Source of the DNA: a virus
Lineage: Duplodnaviria > Caudoviricetes
Strand: one strand, 5' to 3'
Length of the DNA stretch: 26,538 bases
IMG/VR virus record: IMGVR_UViG_3300043772_001669
Span: 1 to 26,538 of that record
Shown piece after piece: positions 1-9,920 of this stretch (position 1 is its first letter; each line of letters begins with the position of its first letter). A program made the translations under genes and the position numbers. The notes beneath the pieces were generated by a model. That model was given only the letters and a program-made list of their open reading frames with translations. It searched no databases and had not been told where the DNA came from.

Positions 1-2829
1 ACCACCATTATCTACTTGAATAGTATTAATATTATAATATAAAGTTCCAAAGTAGCAAGATTGACCGTCATAAGGACGATTGGTTCCAACACCAGAAATC
101 GTAATTACATTTGACCTCGCTGCTGCCTCTGTTGTTGCGGTTCCAGTGTAACGATAAATGGACTTTGTTGTATTGTCACCAACACCGACTGAATAAAGAC
201 CATAATTACCAAATGATGAGTTGGAGTTGGTAATATCACACTGTCCTCCAGATGCAGTGTAAATTGCAATATCATCACAAATAGTAAAGATGGAAACTAA
301 TTGTGCGTATCCACCATTTGTAATCGAAACACCAATTCCACCTTGATTGTATTGAGTATAACTATCAACACTCATCGAACCAGTTACACCAATATCAGTT
401 TGGTCTCCTGGTTCTGCTGCAAATCCATCAACTTTGAGACCAATACTATTTGCAATAAAGTTAGTGCAGTTACGAATATAAGGTCCTTTATCAATATTTC
501 CAACTCCTGGAGAGAATGATGGGTCATTTTCGACTGATGTGCCAAGACCCGAATTTCCAGGATATGTCGTATTAATTCCCACACCAAGGACACTTAAACC
601 TTGATTGATAATTGTTGTAACTACACCAACACAGGAGTAAATTGCCGATACAACATTCGCACAACCACTTAGACTTTCATTGCCGTATGCACCATCAGGT
701 TGCATACTTAAATCTTTTACTTGAGTATAATACGTTTGATAATTTCCACCACTTGTTTTTGCAAAAGAAACATTATTAATGCAAGACCTTGCAATTCCAG
801 CAGCATAATTTAGTGCATCAATTGTTTCTGTCTTAAATCCAACAATGTTTTGAAGTGCCCCTTCTGCAGTGTAGTATGATTTTCCTGCTCCTACACACTT
901 GGAATTTCCACCTCTTGTGATATCGTGAGACACTGCTTTCAGTGCAGACTTGACACCTTGTTTAATTGTACTTATTCCAGTATTGAATACTGGATTTTTA
1001 TAATCTGTGCTTGTTAAATATCCAACAGTTTCATCTGCAATGAAATCAAGATTTAGTCTAATCAATCTTGCCGCATCAAAAAATCTATCACTTGCAACAC
1101 CAGACAGTGGAACAAATGATACAACTGATGCATTATTAGTTGCGGGAGCACCATTAAAACTTAGGTTAGTTATATGACAACCATTATTTACATAAAATAA
1201 GTCTAGACCTGAAGATTGTGGAGTTACAATACAGTTGCGAAGTTCTGTTCCTTGAACGGAAACATTTGCTGCTAATGTGATAGGATTATTTTCAACATAA
1301 GTTCCAGGGAAAACCTTAATTGTATCTCCAGGTAATGCAAGTGCTGCTGCTGCTTTGATTGTTCTTTTTGCGTCACTTTCCACTAATCCAGTGTTTGTAT
1401 CACTACCTTCAAAAGCAACGTAAATTGTTTTACCAATTGAAGTTTTGATTCCAACTTGAACTGTTCCTTTTCCAACTGCTTGAGAAGACGTTAAAGTGAG
1501 ACCAGTTCCTACTGTGAGTTGAGTTACAATGCCAACTAAATCAATTCCACTTCCAGAAAAGAAAGATGCAGTAGCAATGCCAACAGAATTTAATTGACTC
1601 ACATTGGCAGTGCCAAGAGTTGTAATTCCTGTTGCTCTTAAATTAGTAACAGAGGCAATACCACCAATAACATTAGTTGCCGTTGTTGCTGTTGATGCTT
1701 GAGAATCACCAGTAATGCTAATATTATAAGTTCCAGATAATCTTGCTGGGTCTATGATTCCAGTCGTTATATTTGCCGCATCGGCAAGGTTTGTAGCAGT
1801 TGTAGCAGTACCAGTTAAATTTCCACTAAATGTAGTCGCAGTGAGTATACCTGTACTAATATTAATTTGATTTATGGTCGCAATACCAATATAAGCATTC
1901 GTAATTGAAGAAAAACCAATAGTTGCAATTCCAATACTTGCAATTCCAGTATTGATTTCGTCTAAAGTCGTAAGTTGTAATGCTCTAAGATAATCAACAG
2001 TCAAATTAGTAATACTAGCAGTATTAATACCTGATAATGTATTTGCTGTTAAAATTCCAACATTTGCATTTGGTGTCGAAATGCTGGATGCCGTTAAAAA
2101 TCCTACAGTGGAAATTCCAGAAACATTAGTATTGGTTGCATTCAAAAATCCTATGGTAGCAATTCCAATCGAAGAGAATGTGATTGTAGAATACCCAATT
2201 GTTGCAGTATTGGTTACTGTTAGATTTGTAACTGATGTTACACCTAAAGTAGAAAATCCAGTAATGTTTAAACTTGTTCCAGTAACATTGCCACCAGAAA
2301 GATTTATAGCAGTAGTGGCAGTTGCTGCATTTCCAGTAATATCAACAGCATAAAGACCTGGTGCTAAATTATAAGAAGTTGCAGCAGAAGAAACATTAAT
2401 ATCATATGTTCCAGATAATCTTGATGGATCTATAGTTCCACTAAGAATGTTTGCCGCATCATTTAAATATGTTGCTCGATTTGCTCGACCTTCAATATTA
2501 ATATCATAAGTATTACCATTTAATCTATCACTACTAATAAATCCAGAAGTTATATTTGCAGCATTCGTAAGTATATTTGCACTATTTACATCAATTCCAT
2601 AATAACCAGATAATCTAGAAGAACTAATTGTTCCAGTAGTTATATTTGCAGCATCGTTTAATGTGTCTGCACTCGTTGCGTTCCCTTGGAGAGTTCCAAC
2701 AAACTTACTTGCGGTTATAGTTGTAGCACCAACAATACCACTTCCTTGGAGATTTAAATTATCACCAGAAGCCAACTCCTCAATTTGTTTAGATGTTGGA
2801 TTGGCTATAAGTGGAAATCTGTCCGTCAT
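1..2829 (-). CDS. Tail fibre/virion structural protein with beta-helix (pectate-lyase-like) region; runs off the left edge (>=943 codons)
   Basis: Absent from the ORF track because its stop is outside the window. ATG at 2829 gives MTDRFPLIANPTSKQIEELASGDNLNLQG. The same frame reads GKTIYVAFEGSDTNTG...KRTIKAAAALALPGDTIKVFPGTYVENNP, then YTQYNQGGIGVSITNGGYAQLVSIFTIC and RPYDGQ near the edge. Thr/Ser/Gly/Ile-rich fibre-like composition. Confidence 0.8.
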   Translation of the reverse strand, partial: MTDRFPLIANPTSKQIEELASGDNLNLQGSGIVGATTITASKFVGTLQGNATSADTLNDAANITTGTISSSRLSGYYGIDVNSANILTNAANITSGFISSDRLNGNTYDINIEGRANRATYLNDAANILSGTIDPSRLSGTYDINVSSAATSYNLAPGLYAVDITGNAATATTAINLSGGNVTGTSLNITGFSTLGVTSVTNLTVTNTATIGYSTITFSSIGIATIGFLNATNTNVSGISTVGFLTASSISTPNANVGILTANTLSGINTASITNLTVDYLRALQLTTLDEINTGIASIGIATIGFSSITNAYIGIATINQINISTGILTATTFSGNLTGTATTATNLADAANITTGIIDPARLSGTYNISITGDSQASTATTATNVIGGIASVTNLRATGITTLGTANVSQLNSVGIATASFFSGSGIDLVGIVTQLTVGTGLTLTSSQAVGKGTVQVGIKTSIGKTIYVAFEGSDTNTGLVESDAKRTIKAAAALALPGDTIKVFPGTYVENNPITLAANVSVQGTELRNCIVTPQSSGLDLFYVNNGCHITNLSFNGAPATNNASVVSFVPLSGVASDRFFDAARLIRLNLDFIADETVGYLTSTDYKNPVFNTGISTIKQGVKSALKAVSHDITRGGNSKCVGAGKSYYTAEGALQNIVGFKTETIDALNYAAGIARSCINNVSFAKTSGGNYQTYYTQVKDLSMQPDGAYGNESLSGCANVVSAIYSCVGVVTTIINQGLSVLGVGINTTYPGNSGLGTSVENDPSFSPGVGNIDKGPYIRNCTNFIANSIGLKVDGFAAEPGDQTDIGVTGSMSVDSYTQYNQGGIGVSITNGGYAQLVSIFTICDDIAIYTASGGQCDITNSNSSFGNYGLYSVGVGDNTTKSIYRYTGTATTEAAARSNVITISGVGTNRPYDGQSCYFGTLYYNINTIQVDNGG
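1732..2655 (-). repeat. Four dispersed protein repeats [D/N]AANIxxGxIxxxRLxG in the fibre gene
   Basis: DAANITTGTISSSRLSG (~2605-2655), NAANITSGFISSDRLNG (~2516-2567), DAANILSGTIDPSRLSG (~2410-2460) and DAANITTGIIDPARLSG (~1732-1782). Confidence 0.8.
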
Positions 2830-2887
2830 TACTTATTGCGGGTACTTTTTTTCTTATAATATATAGGTTTCATTCTATAGAGTAAAA

Positions 2888-4777
2888 TTAAACAGTTCCA
2901 ATACCAACAGTAGAAGAAGATGTTTTTCCAGTATCAGGATTAAAATAATAAGTTTCTGGTTCATACTGTTTTAAATCTACTGCTCTCAATGCAGCAAGTT
3001 CTGTTTTGAGTTTATTGACTTCGATATCACCATAGACTCTTCCTTGTAAAACAGCAAATGCCTGTCCTTCCATCTTATCTCGAATACTTCTCAAAGCACT
3101 TGCCGACGCAATTAAACTATCAATCTTTGGAGTATTTCTCGCAATAATTGTATCCCTGCTTGTCTCGGCATTAGTGATTGCAGTATCAAGTGGATTACAA
3201 ACACCAGCACTTGGATTTATTGATGATACTCCTACATAACCAATACCAAAAGGAGAAGTAAGACCAAATCCAACAATAACTGTATCTCCCTCTTGTGCAT
3301 ATGAGAATGATGTAGATATTGCAGGATATCCACCAATACCATAAGTAAAAATATTTTTTACAGGCCAAGAAGTATTTCCTGGATAATATCTTGCATAACT
3401 TGCACCACAATCGGGTTCTGGATATGTTGCTCTTAAATATCTTTCATTATCATTTAATTGTGCGTCTGTTTTATCCGCAAAACTAGAAGTCATTACTTCT
3501 TTCCATTGAAATGGACCAACTGGACTTCCATTATTCACTCTTACTAACTTATGTCCCAATCCAAGTGTATTGTTTCCTATAATTCCAATAGTCACTGGGT
3601 CTACGGGATTATTTGAATAATCAAATGTAGTTGCGTCAATTTGTGTAGTTCTTATACATGTAAAATTCGTATTGGTTGCTTCTTTTATGGATGCTCCACT
3701 TAAAATTACTGATGGAAATGTGGATAAAATACCAACTGTAAATGTTCCATCTGTGGTACTACCAATTGATGCAACACTTACAATTAAACTAGGCACAGAT
3801 ACTGATGTGCTTATCATCGAACCAACACCAGCACCACCATAATTTGGATTCCAAACTGTTTGAGTTGCAGTTGTAGTTCCAATACCAGCAACTTTTGTAT
3901 TTGGTGCTAAAACATTAGAAAGAGTTATTGTATCTCCAACATTAATATTACCAGTAGTTCCAATTCCAGTATGTGCGATAATCGTAGAACCATAACTAAT
4001 TGTACCACCAAATTGTGTAGAAGTTCCTACAATTGCTGTGGTTCCAAAACCAACAATTGAAGGTAAGTTCGCAGAAGAAAATACTGTTGGATTATCTACA
4101 TTATCTGTAATCGTATCTCCAACTTGTAAATTTGATGTTCCGTCACTACTTATTATTGCTAAACTTGTACTTCCTGTACTAATAGTACCTAAAAATTCTT
4201 TAACAATATTTGCACCATAATCTTGGTTTTGTGGTTTTCTATAATACTTTGCTCCATAATAACCGTAATCAGTTCTTACATTTGGATTTTTCTTACATTG
4301 ATATAATATATTATAATAATAAAAACCTCCATATCCATAATATTGGATGCCTATTTGTTCCCAATACAAATCACTCTTACAACCAGCAGTAATTCTAGCA
4401 TCATATGCAGTTTTTACTGATGAAATTGCAACATTAATCTCATCGATAAGAGGAATAATTTCTTTATCAATATTTTGAATAAGAGCATCAAATCGATCAA
4501 TCTTAACGTCCATAATTGTCAATTGATCTTTCAACATCTCAACTTCTGAGAGTTTTCTGTCTAACTCTTCTTGTTGATCTACAATAATGGTTGCTGTGAT
4601 TGAAGTATCACTATTTCCTACACCTGTTCTTTTCTCATCTAATTGTGCTTGAAGTGCATTTGTAGTATTTGGTGGGTTGACATAATAACCTTGCGATTGA
4701 CCGATGGACGCAAAATATTGTGCGACTGTGGAATTAATCTGTTGTATTTCAGCAGCATAATCAGTTGATATCGCCAT
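2888..4777 (-). CDS. Putative virion structural protein (629 aa) with helical/coiled-coil ends and a Gly/Thr/Ser-rich beta core
   Basis: Long ORF within the tail operon; GIGTT/GFGTT-type motifs; late-promoter-like ATAAATA upstream. No specific family recognised. Confidence 0.6.
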   Translation of the reverse strand: MAISTDYAAEIQQINSTVAQYFASIGQSQGYYVNPPNTTNALQAQLDEKRTGVGNSDTSITATIIVDQQEELDRKLSEVEMLKDQLTIMDVKIDRFDALIQNIDKEIIPLIDEINVAISSVKTAYDARITAGCKSDLYWEQIGIQYYGYGGFYYYNILYQCKKNPNVRTDYGYYGAKYYRKPQNQDYGANIVKEFLGTISTGSTSLAIISSDGTSNLQVGDTITDNVDNPTVFSSANLPSIVGFGTTAIVGTSTQFGGTISYGSTIIAHTGIGTTGNINVGDTITLSNVLAPNTKVAGIGTTTATQTVWNPNYGGAGVGSMISTSVSVPSLIVSVASIGSTTDGTFTVGILSTFPSVILSGASIKEATNTNFTCIRTTQIDATTFDYSNNPVDPVTIGIIGNNTLGLGHKLVRVNNGSPVGPFQWKEVMTSSFADKTDAQLNDNERYLRATYPEPDCGASYARYYPGNTSWPVKNIFTYGIGGYPAISTSFSYAQEGDTVIVGFGLTSPFGIGYVGVSSINPSAGVCNPLDTAITNAETSRDTIIARNTPKIDSLIASASALRSIRDKMEGQAFAVLQGRVYGDIEVNKLKTELAALRAVDLKQYEPETYYFNPDTGKTSSSTVGIGTV

Positions 4778-4813
4778 AATAATTAATTATATTTTTTCTT
4801 TATAGTAATAACA

Positions 4814-4820
4814 TATTTAT
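4814..4820 (-). promoter_or_regulatory. T4-type late promoter (ATAAATA)
   Basis: Minus-strand ATAAATA overlaps the upstream stop codon, ~37 nt before the ATG at 4777. Confidence 0.45.
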
Positions 4821-5680
4821 TGGGCATTATCACCAGGATAAGTTTTATCTTCTTCTTGTTTTGGTTCTATTTCCAATCTTGGAACATCTTTTCTTTCCGC
4901 ATAAACAACATAACTACAATCAACTGGTCCACCACAATTGTTTATAATTTTAATTCTAGTTCCCCATTCAATACTTTTTACATAAAGTTCCTGGTGAAAT
5001 GTATGTGGAGTTAGTGAAACGGTAATTGTTTCAGCATCTACCAAACCTCTCCAATACTCTGGCAATTCAATTACATTTGAATTTACAAGTCTACCACGAT
5101 AATATACACCAATTTCTGGACCCTCCAAACAAGTATGAACTAACCTATAACCAGATTTTGTGGGATGTGTGATATCAAATTTTTTAAATGGCGCAGCAAC
5201 AGAAGAAAAAACACCCAATGCAGCCGTACAATTATTAAAAATTCCTTGGTCTGCCTTAATCAATGGAACAGTAGCAATTGCCTGACAAACTTTTGGACCT
5301 TGTGTTATTTGTACTGCAGCATTTGTTTTAAGACCAAAAATTGCTTTAAATGCTGCTTGTATTTCGGCACCAATTCTACTAGTAAATCCAAAAATATTTG
5401 ATAGTGCTAAATCGTTTACAGTTCCTGCTGTATTTGTAATACCAGCAAAATTAGTTATTCCAGTCACTTCAAGAGAAACAGGAAGAGTAACTCCAGGTAT
5501 AGGAGGACCAATCATACAAGTTGCTCTTGCAATTCCAATTTGTGGAGTTAATCCAATATAACAAGGTCCATTAATAACTGCTGTTCCAGGTGTAAGTTTG
5601 GAATTAGCAGTCAAAAAAGACATATCTAGTTGTCCTACAACTAGTTTTTCCCCAGCATTAAGGACGGTAAAATCAGCCAT
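4817..5680 (-). CDS. Baseplate spike/fibre-associated protein with a C-terminal HPxK...LxHxCLEGPE...YYRG domain
   Basis: Start reassigned to ATG 5680 (MADFTVLNAG). C-terminus KKFDITHPTKSGYRLVHTCLEGPEIGVYYRG...LPEYW...YAERKD resembles the C-terminal domain of many phage fibre proteins. Lies downstream of gp5. Confidence 0.55.
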   Translation of the reverse strand: MADFTVLNAGEKLVVGQLDMSFLTANSKLTPGTAVINGPCYIGLTPQIGIARATCMIGPPIPGVTLPVSLEVTGITNFAGITNTAGTVNDLALSNIFGFTSRIGAEIQAAFKAIFGLKTNAAVQITQGPKVCQAIATVPLIKADQGIFNNCTAALGVFSSVAAPFKKFDITHPTKSGYRLVHTCLEGPEIGVYYRGRLVNSNVIELPEYWRGLVDAETITVSLTPHTFHQELYVKSIEWGTRIKIINNCGGPVDCSYVVYAERKDVPRLEIEPKQEEDKTYPGDNAQ

Positions 5681-5682
5681 AA

Positions 5683-6240
5683 TTAAGCACAAATAGAATT
5701 GAAAAATTCTTTAAACTTTTTAACTGCTTGAAGAATTTGACCCAACACAGAGGAACTATCACTATCTACACCAGAACTAGTAGTAACTTGCGCGTGTCCT
5801 GTAACATCAGTGTTACTTCCAGCAATACTAGCACTTTGAGAGGCAGCTAAAGTTATATTTGTTCCTTGTCCTCCTACTGTTGGAGCATCTATATGAACTT
5901 GTTTTGATGCTTGAATTGTAATTTCCCCTCCCTTTCCATCAACACCAACTAAACGAATATTTGCTGCTTCTAAAATAATTGTTCCATTCTTTGCTCGAAT
6001 GTGAATATCTCCATTTGCTGCATCAATAGTTTTTGCTGGTGTCACATCGTCAGTAAGATGTTCTCCACACAACTCGTGTGAAGATGCTTTATTTCTAATA
6101 ATTAGATTTCCATTTTCATAAAATACAAATCCTTGATTATTGTCAGTGGTAACTGAATAATCTATTTTACCTTGTGCGGAACAAGATGTTCCAGATTCAA
6201 CTCTGTGTCCTACATTTTGTTTAATATGTGGGTCGCTCAT
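5683..6240 (-). CDS. gp5 C-terminal-like beta-strand-rich spike protein
   Basis: ATG 6240 overlaps the gp5 stop (ATGA). Repeated short beta-strands GDIHIRAKNGTIILEAANIRL...GEITIQASKQVHIDA. Confidence 0.5.
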   Translation of the reverse strand: MSDPHIKQNVGHRVESGTSCSAQGKIDYSVTTDNNQGFVFYENGNLIIRNKASSHELCGEHLTDDVTPAKTIDAANGDIHIRAKNGTIILEAANIRLVGVDGKGGEITIQASKQVHIDAPTVGGQGTNITLAASQSASIAGSNTDVTGHAQVTTSSGVDSDSSSVLGQILQAVKKFKEFFNSICA

Positions 6241-8423
6241 ACACAATCTATTACCGATGTTACAATTCCAGAAATTGATGTTGCTGTTGCTGTTTGATTA
6301 ACTGTATTATAAGTTGGGGTAAACTTCATAAGTGGAACAACATTTGCAGCAACTCCTGTTCTGGTATTTATAGTTAATGTTGGTGTCGTCTTAAATCCAC
6401 CAATTGAATTTATTACTGGTTTTATTCCAACAATCGCACCAGAACCAGGAGTAACTATTGGAGTGTAAGTATTTGTACCATCCGTGATTGTATCGCCAGA
6501 GGTATAACCATATCCAGGGGCAATTACAATTATATCTTGAATACCCCCAGATACATCACTGCTTATTCCAGAACTTACAGTTGAACCAACACCAACATTT
6601 GTATAATTTCCAGGACAATATCCAGAACCAATATCAGTCAAATATATTGAAGATACAGTACCAGCAGCAGATATAATTGCCTTTGCTTGTGCTCCACTTC
6701 CGTGTCCTGTATTATCTACAACTACAACTGTTGCTTTAGTATATCCAACTCCACCACTCTTAATGTCAAATGAAAGTATTGAACCAGTTTCATCTACAAT
6801 TGGAGTAGCACTTGCACCTACACCATCACCAACAATTCTTGCGATTGGTGGAATGCATCTTTTGTATTTTGACCCAATTGGTAGTGGGACAATATCTTCT
6901 TGAGTTGTTGGATTGATTACCTTTTCGTTACATTGACTAAATGCATTATTAGATACTCCAGTTATTCCAGCATAAAGTGGAGTTTCACCAAAAGCAGATT
7001 CAATTGATCCCAACCCATCACTTACACCTTTAAATACATTTACATCATCAACCATTTTTTGCCAATTGTCTGCATCTTTTTCACTTGGTCCAAAATTAGC
7101 AGACCATACACTTGGAGTTTCACAAGCAAGACCAGTACATTCAAGAAAACTAAAAATTTGTGATGCTAATGAACTTGCTTGATTTAAAATACCAGATACA
7201 GTTGAAAGACCACCAGTCAACCAACCAATTCCAGACATAATTGTGGAAAGTGCTTCTTCAATACTATCCATCACTTTTGCTAAAACTCCAGCAGTCCATT
7301 TCTCCACAGCACAAACTGGTGCATTGATTGTATTTGCTGCTAAATCACCAAGCAATCCTTCAATATAATCAATAATACCACCAGGGAGTTTTTCAAGAAT
7401 ACAAAAAATTACATCTAATGTTTTTTTCATCACCTCCAAAACAATTGTTTGTTGTGGAGGAGGAACAACCAATCCTACAAGTTTTCTAAATGCCCAAACA
7501 ATACATTTGAAAATTGTATTTCTTAAATTGTTAATTATTAATTTTACAATTCCACCAATTTGTCTAGCACAATTTCTAATTGAATTTCCAATATCTACAA
7601 TTTCATTTAATATTGGGTCAATATAAGTACCCAAATACTGGTCCAATCCATTTGTAACCGCAATAAAATCTTGAAGTCCTTGCGTGATTTGACCGATTAA
7701 ATTGTTTTGACAACCATTTGGTTTTATAAATGCGGGTTGTTTTGTAAACGCTGCTCCAATAGCATTCGTTGAAGAAGCAGGAATATTTTTAAATACTCCT
7801 GCAATTTTGTCTCCCAATTGTGGTGTAACTGGAACTCCATCAATATTGAACCCAAGGTCGGTGGTGTAAGCAAGATTTACTAAATCTTTTGGGACTGGTG
7901 TGGTTTCTTTTGGTGAGTTATTTGGGTCTGCTTGGTCTATTTCCTTCTCACCTCTAATATTTCTTTGCGTACTTGGTGGATTATTTCCAGGGTGCCCTGT
8001 AAATGGTTTAAATTGAGAACTTCTTTCTTTTTTAACTACATCTTCTGTTTGTAAATTCTTAACTCCATCACTACGATACAACAAACCAATAACTACAGGT
8101 TGTTGCCCGTCATCTCCATCTAGAAAGAAACCAAAACAAGTTTCTCCACCCTTGAGATTTATTGTTCCTCCAATTCCACCTTGTGCGCTTCCAAAAGAAG
8201 GGTCAAGCATGATTTGAGCCCAAGGCAAATCATCATCTGCTAAAATATTTCCATCAAAAGAATGATGCCCTACAATTCTTACTTTGCATCGTGCGGACCA
8301 ATCTCCTTGATTGGAAAATTGAGAACCTTTTTCCCAAGTATCCTTTTTAGCAACTTGTCCTATCCACCAACTAAAACCATCTTTTCCAATATAATTGGAT
8401 TTTAATAAAGCCTCTTCAATCAT
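6237..8423 (-). CDS. gp5: Baseplate hub subunit gp5 (N-terminal OB domain); no lysozyme domain recognised
   Basis: GKDGFSWWIGQV...RCKVRIVGHH...LPWA...GFFLDGDDGQQPVVIG matches the gp5 OB-fold pattern; C-terminal GxGY repeats. Confidence 0.85.
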   Translation of the reverse strand: MIEEALLKSNYIGKDGFSWWIGQVAKKDTWEKGSQFSNQGDWSARCKVRIVGHHSFDGNILADDDLPWAQIMLDPSFGSAQGGIGGTINLKGGETCFGFFLDGDDGQQPVVIGLLYRSDGVKNLQTEDVVKKERSSQFKPFTGHPGNNPPSTQRNIRGEKEIDQADPNNSPKETTPVPKDLVNLAYTTDLGFNIDGVPVTPQLGDKIAGVFKNIPASSTNAIGAAFTKQPAFIKPNGCQNNLIGQITQGLQDFIAVTNGLDQYLGTYIDPILNEIVDIGNSIRNCARQIGGIVKLIINNLRNTIFKCIVWAFRKLVGLVVPPPQQTIVLEVMKKTLDVIFCILEKLPGGIIDYIEGLLGDLAANTINAPVCAVEKWTAGVLAKVMDSIEEALSTIMSGIGWLTGGLSTVSGILNQASSLASQIFSFLECTGLACETPSVWSANFGPSEKDADNWQKMVDDVNVFKGVSDGLGSIESAFGETPLYAGITGVSNNAFSQCNEKVINPTTQEDIVPLPIGSKYKRCIPPIARIVGDGVGASATPIVDETGSILSFDIKSGGVGYTKATVVVVDNTGHGSGAQAKAIISAAGTVSSIYLTDIGSGYCPGNYTNVGVGSTVSSGISSDVSGGIQDIIVIAPGYGYTSGDTITDGTNTYTPIVTPGSGAIVGIKPVINSIGGFKTTPTLTINTRTGVAANVVPLMKFTPTYNTVNQTATATSISGIVTSVIDCV

Positions 8424-8625
8424 CGTAAATTCTACACTCCAGTGCGTGTGGGTTTAAGTCACAAAATAATTCTAATGTACTTGGAATACCAACAGCATCA
8501 GGATTGTGCTTTTGATATTCTAAAAGTTCTTCTAGATATGCATTTAAATATCTTTTTCTTTGTACATTTATTGAGGAGTTTTGTAATTCCTCACATATAT
8601 CGTTGATAAATTCTTGCAATTCCAT
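8416..8625 (-). CDS. cp12: CP12 Calvin-cycle inhibitor (cyanophage auxiliary metabolic gene)
   Basis: 69 aa ending LELFCDLNPHALECRIYDD, the CP12 C-terminal CxxxPxxxECxxYDD motif. Confidence 0.9.
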   Translation of the reverse strand: MELQEFINDICEELQNSSINVQRKRYLNAYLEELLEYQKHNPDAVGIPSTLELFCDLNPHALECRIYDD

Positions 8626-8630
8626 TTCTC

Positions 8631-9920
8631 TTATTTATTTGAACTATAAAGACCGTAACTATCACGAATCAGTCTCAAACTTGTAACCATTTGTCCACCT
8701 TCAAAATGATGTCTTAATTCTTTGATTAAATAATATCCACTTTGCTCTTCATCTGAAGTCATATTTGTATTTCTATCTATTCGTGGAAACTCTGCGTGAA
8801 TAATTCCACCTACTTTCAAATTTACATTACAAGGAACAACCATATTTAGTGCTTGTGTAAACAATAAATTGTATCTAGAGTATGACATTGCCATATCAGC
8901 ACCACTTCTCAATCTATCACTTACCGAACCATCTGATTTCAAAGAACCTCTATCTGATGTTCTTACCATAATACGAGAAATACTATCACCAAATTCATCA
9001 GATACAGCAATACTTTCAGCACCACCCAATTTACTCTTAACTTGGTCTTTTACTTTATAAGTATATAAATCCAAAGTATTGGAATACAAATCATAAAAAT
9101 AAGTCTTATTTACATACATACCAACTCTTAATGATTTCATTAAGTCAATATTCTTTTCATAATTATAATTCAATATATTAAAATTAGTTTTTGTCTGATT
9201 TTCCTCAATTACTTGTGTAAAAAGATAATATGGTATATTTTCTTTATCGGCACTATTATTTTGTATTTTTGTGCTTGAGACTAAACTATCAATACTTCTA
9301 AAATTAAATCCATCTTTGTTTTCATAAAATAAGAAACCAGCAGTTCCTCTTGCTTCTTCACCAGCAGTTCCAGAATTTTGTCCGTTTGCTGGAACTGCTT
9401 TTGGTCCCAACCAAGTTAAAACGTGAAATGGTTTGCGATTGTTTCCGATAAAAGAATAATCATTTGATGTTTGTTCTATATTTTCAGTTTTATACTTTTT
9501 AGTTTTTAAGTCATCTTTGAGTATTTTTGTTACAGTATTTTGTAAATTTCCTCTATAAATTGTCTGACACCTTGAAGTTTCATTTGTTAATCCTTCACGA
9601 GAAACAAGATATAAAGTGAACATTTCTCTTTTTTTCTGTGCATCAAGATTGCTGACTTTATAAACATATAAGTCATCCAATACAAATTCACCAAAAGCAG
9701 TATCAACACTAATTGTAACTTTTTCTCCACCACGAATTGGTAAGATATTAAACAAGGACGAACTATTCATCAGTTCTGCAATAGCAGTCACACAAGGAGA
9801 TAAAATATCCTCAAAATAATCAAAGAACAAACAAGAGTTTGTAACATCAACAGTTGTACTACCATCCAAAGATTGAATAGTAAAATAATTCGGTTTAAAG
9901 GATGCTACTGATGCTGCCAT
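8631..9920 (-). CDS. Baseplate hub protein (gp27-like/tail hub)
   Basis: YFEDILSP, FLFYENKDGFNFRSIDSL and SGYYLIKELRHHF...LIRDS motifs; positioned between the tape-measure-like genes and gp5. Confidence 0.65.
   Translation of the reverse strand: MAASVASFKPNYFTIQSLDGSTTVDVTNSCLFFDYFEDILSPCVTAIAELMNSSSLFNILPIRGGEKVTISVDTAFGEFVLDDLYVYKVSNLDAQKKREMFTLYLVSREGLTNETSRCQTIYRGNLQNTVTKILKDDLKTKKYKTENIEQTSNDYSFIGNNRKPFHVLTWLGPKAVPANGQNSGTAGEEARGTAGFLFYENKDGFNFRSIDSLVSSTKIQNNSADKENIPYYLFTQVIEENQTKTNFNILNYNYEKNIDLMKSLRVGMYVNKTYFYDLYSNTLDLYTYKVKDQVKSKLGGAESIAVSDEFGDSISRIMVRTSDRGSLKSDGSVSDRLRSGADMAMSYSRYNLLFTQALNMVVPCNVNLKVGGIIHAEFPRIDRNTNMTSDEEQSGYYLIKELRHHFEGGQMVTSLRLIRDSYGLYSSNK

Noticed and set aside
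301-2866. Short ORFs listed in the track at 301-519, 384-593, 2081-2353 and 2663-2866
   Set aside because: All overlap the long minus-strand fibre gene; alternative-frame or antisense artefacts.
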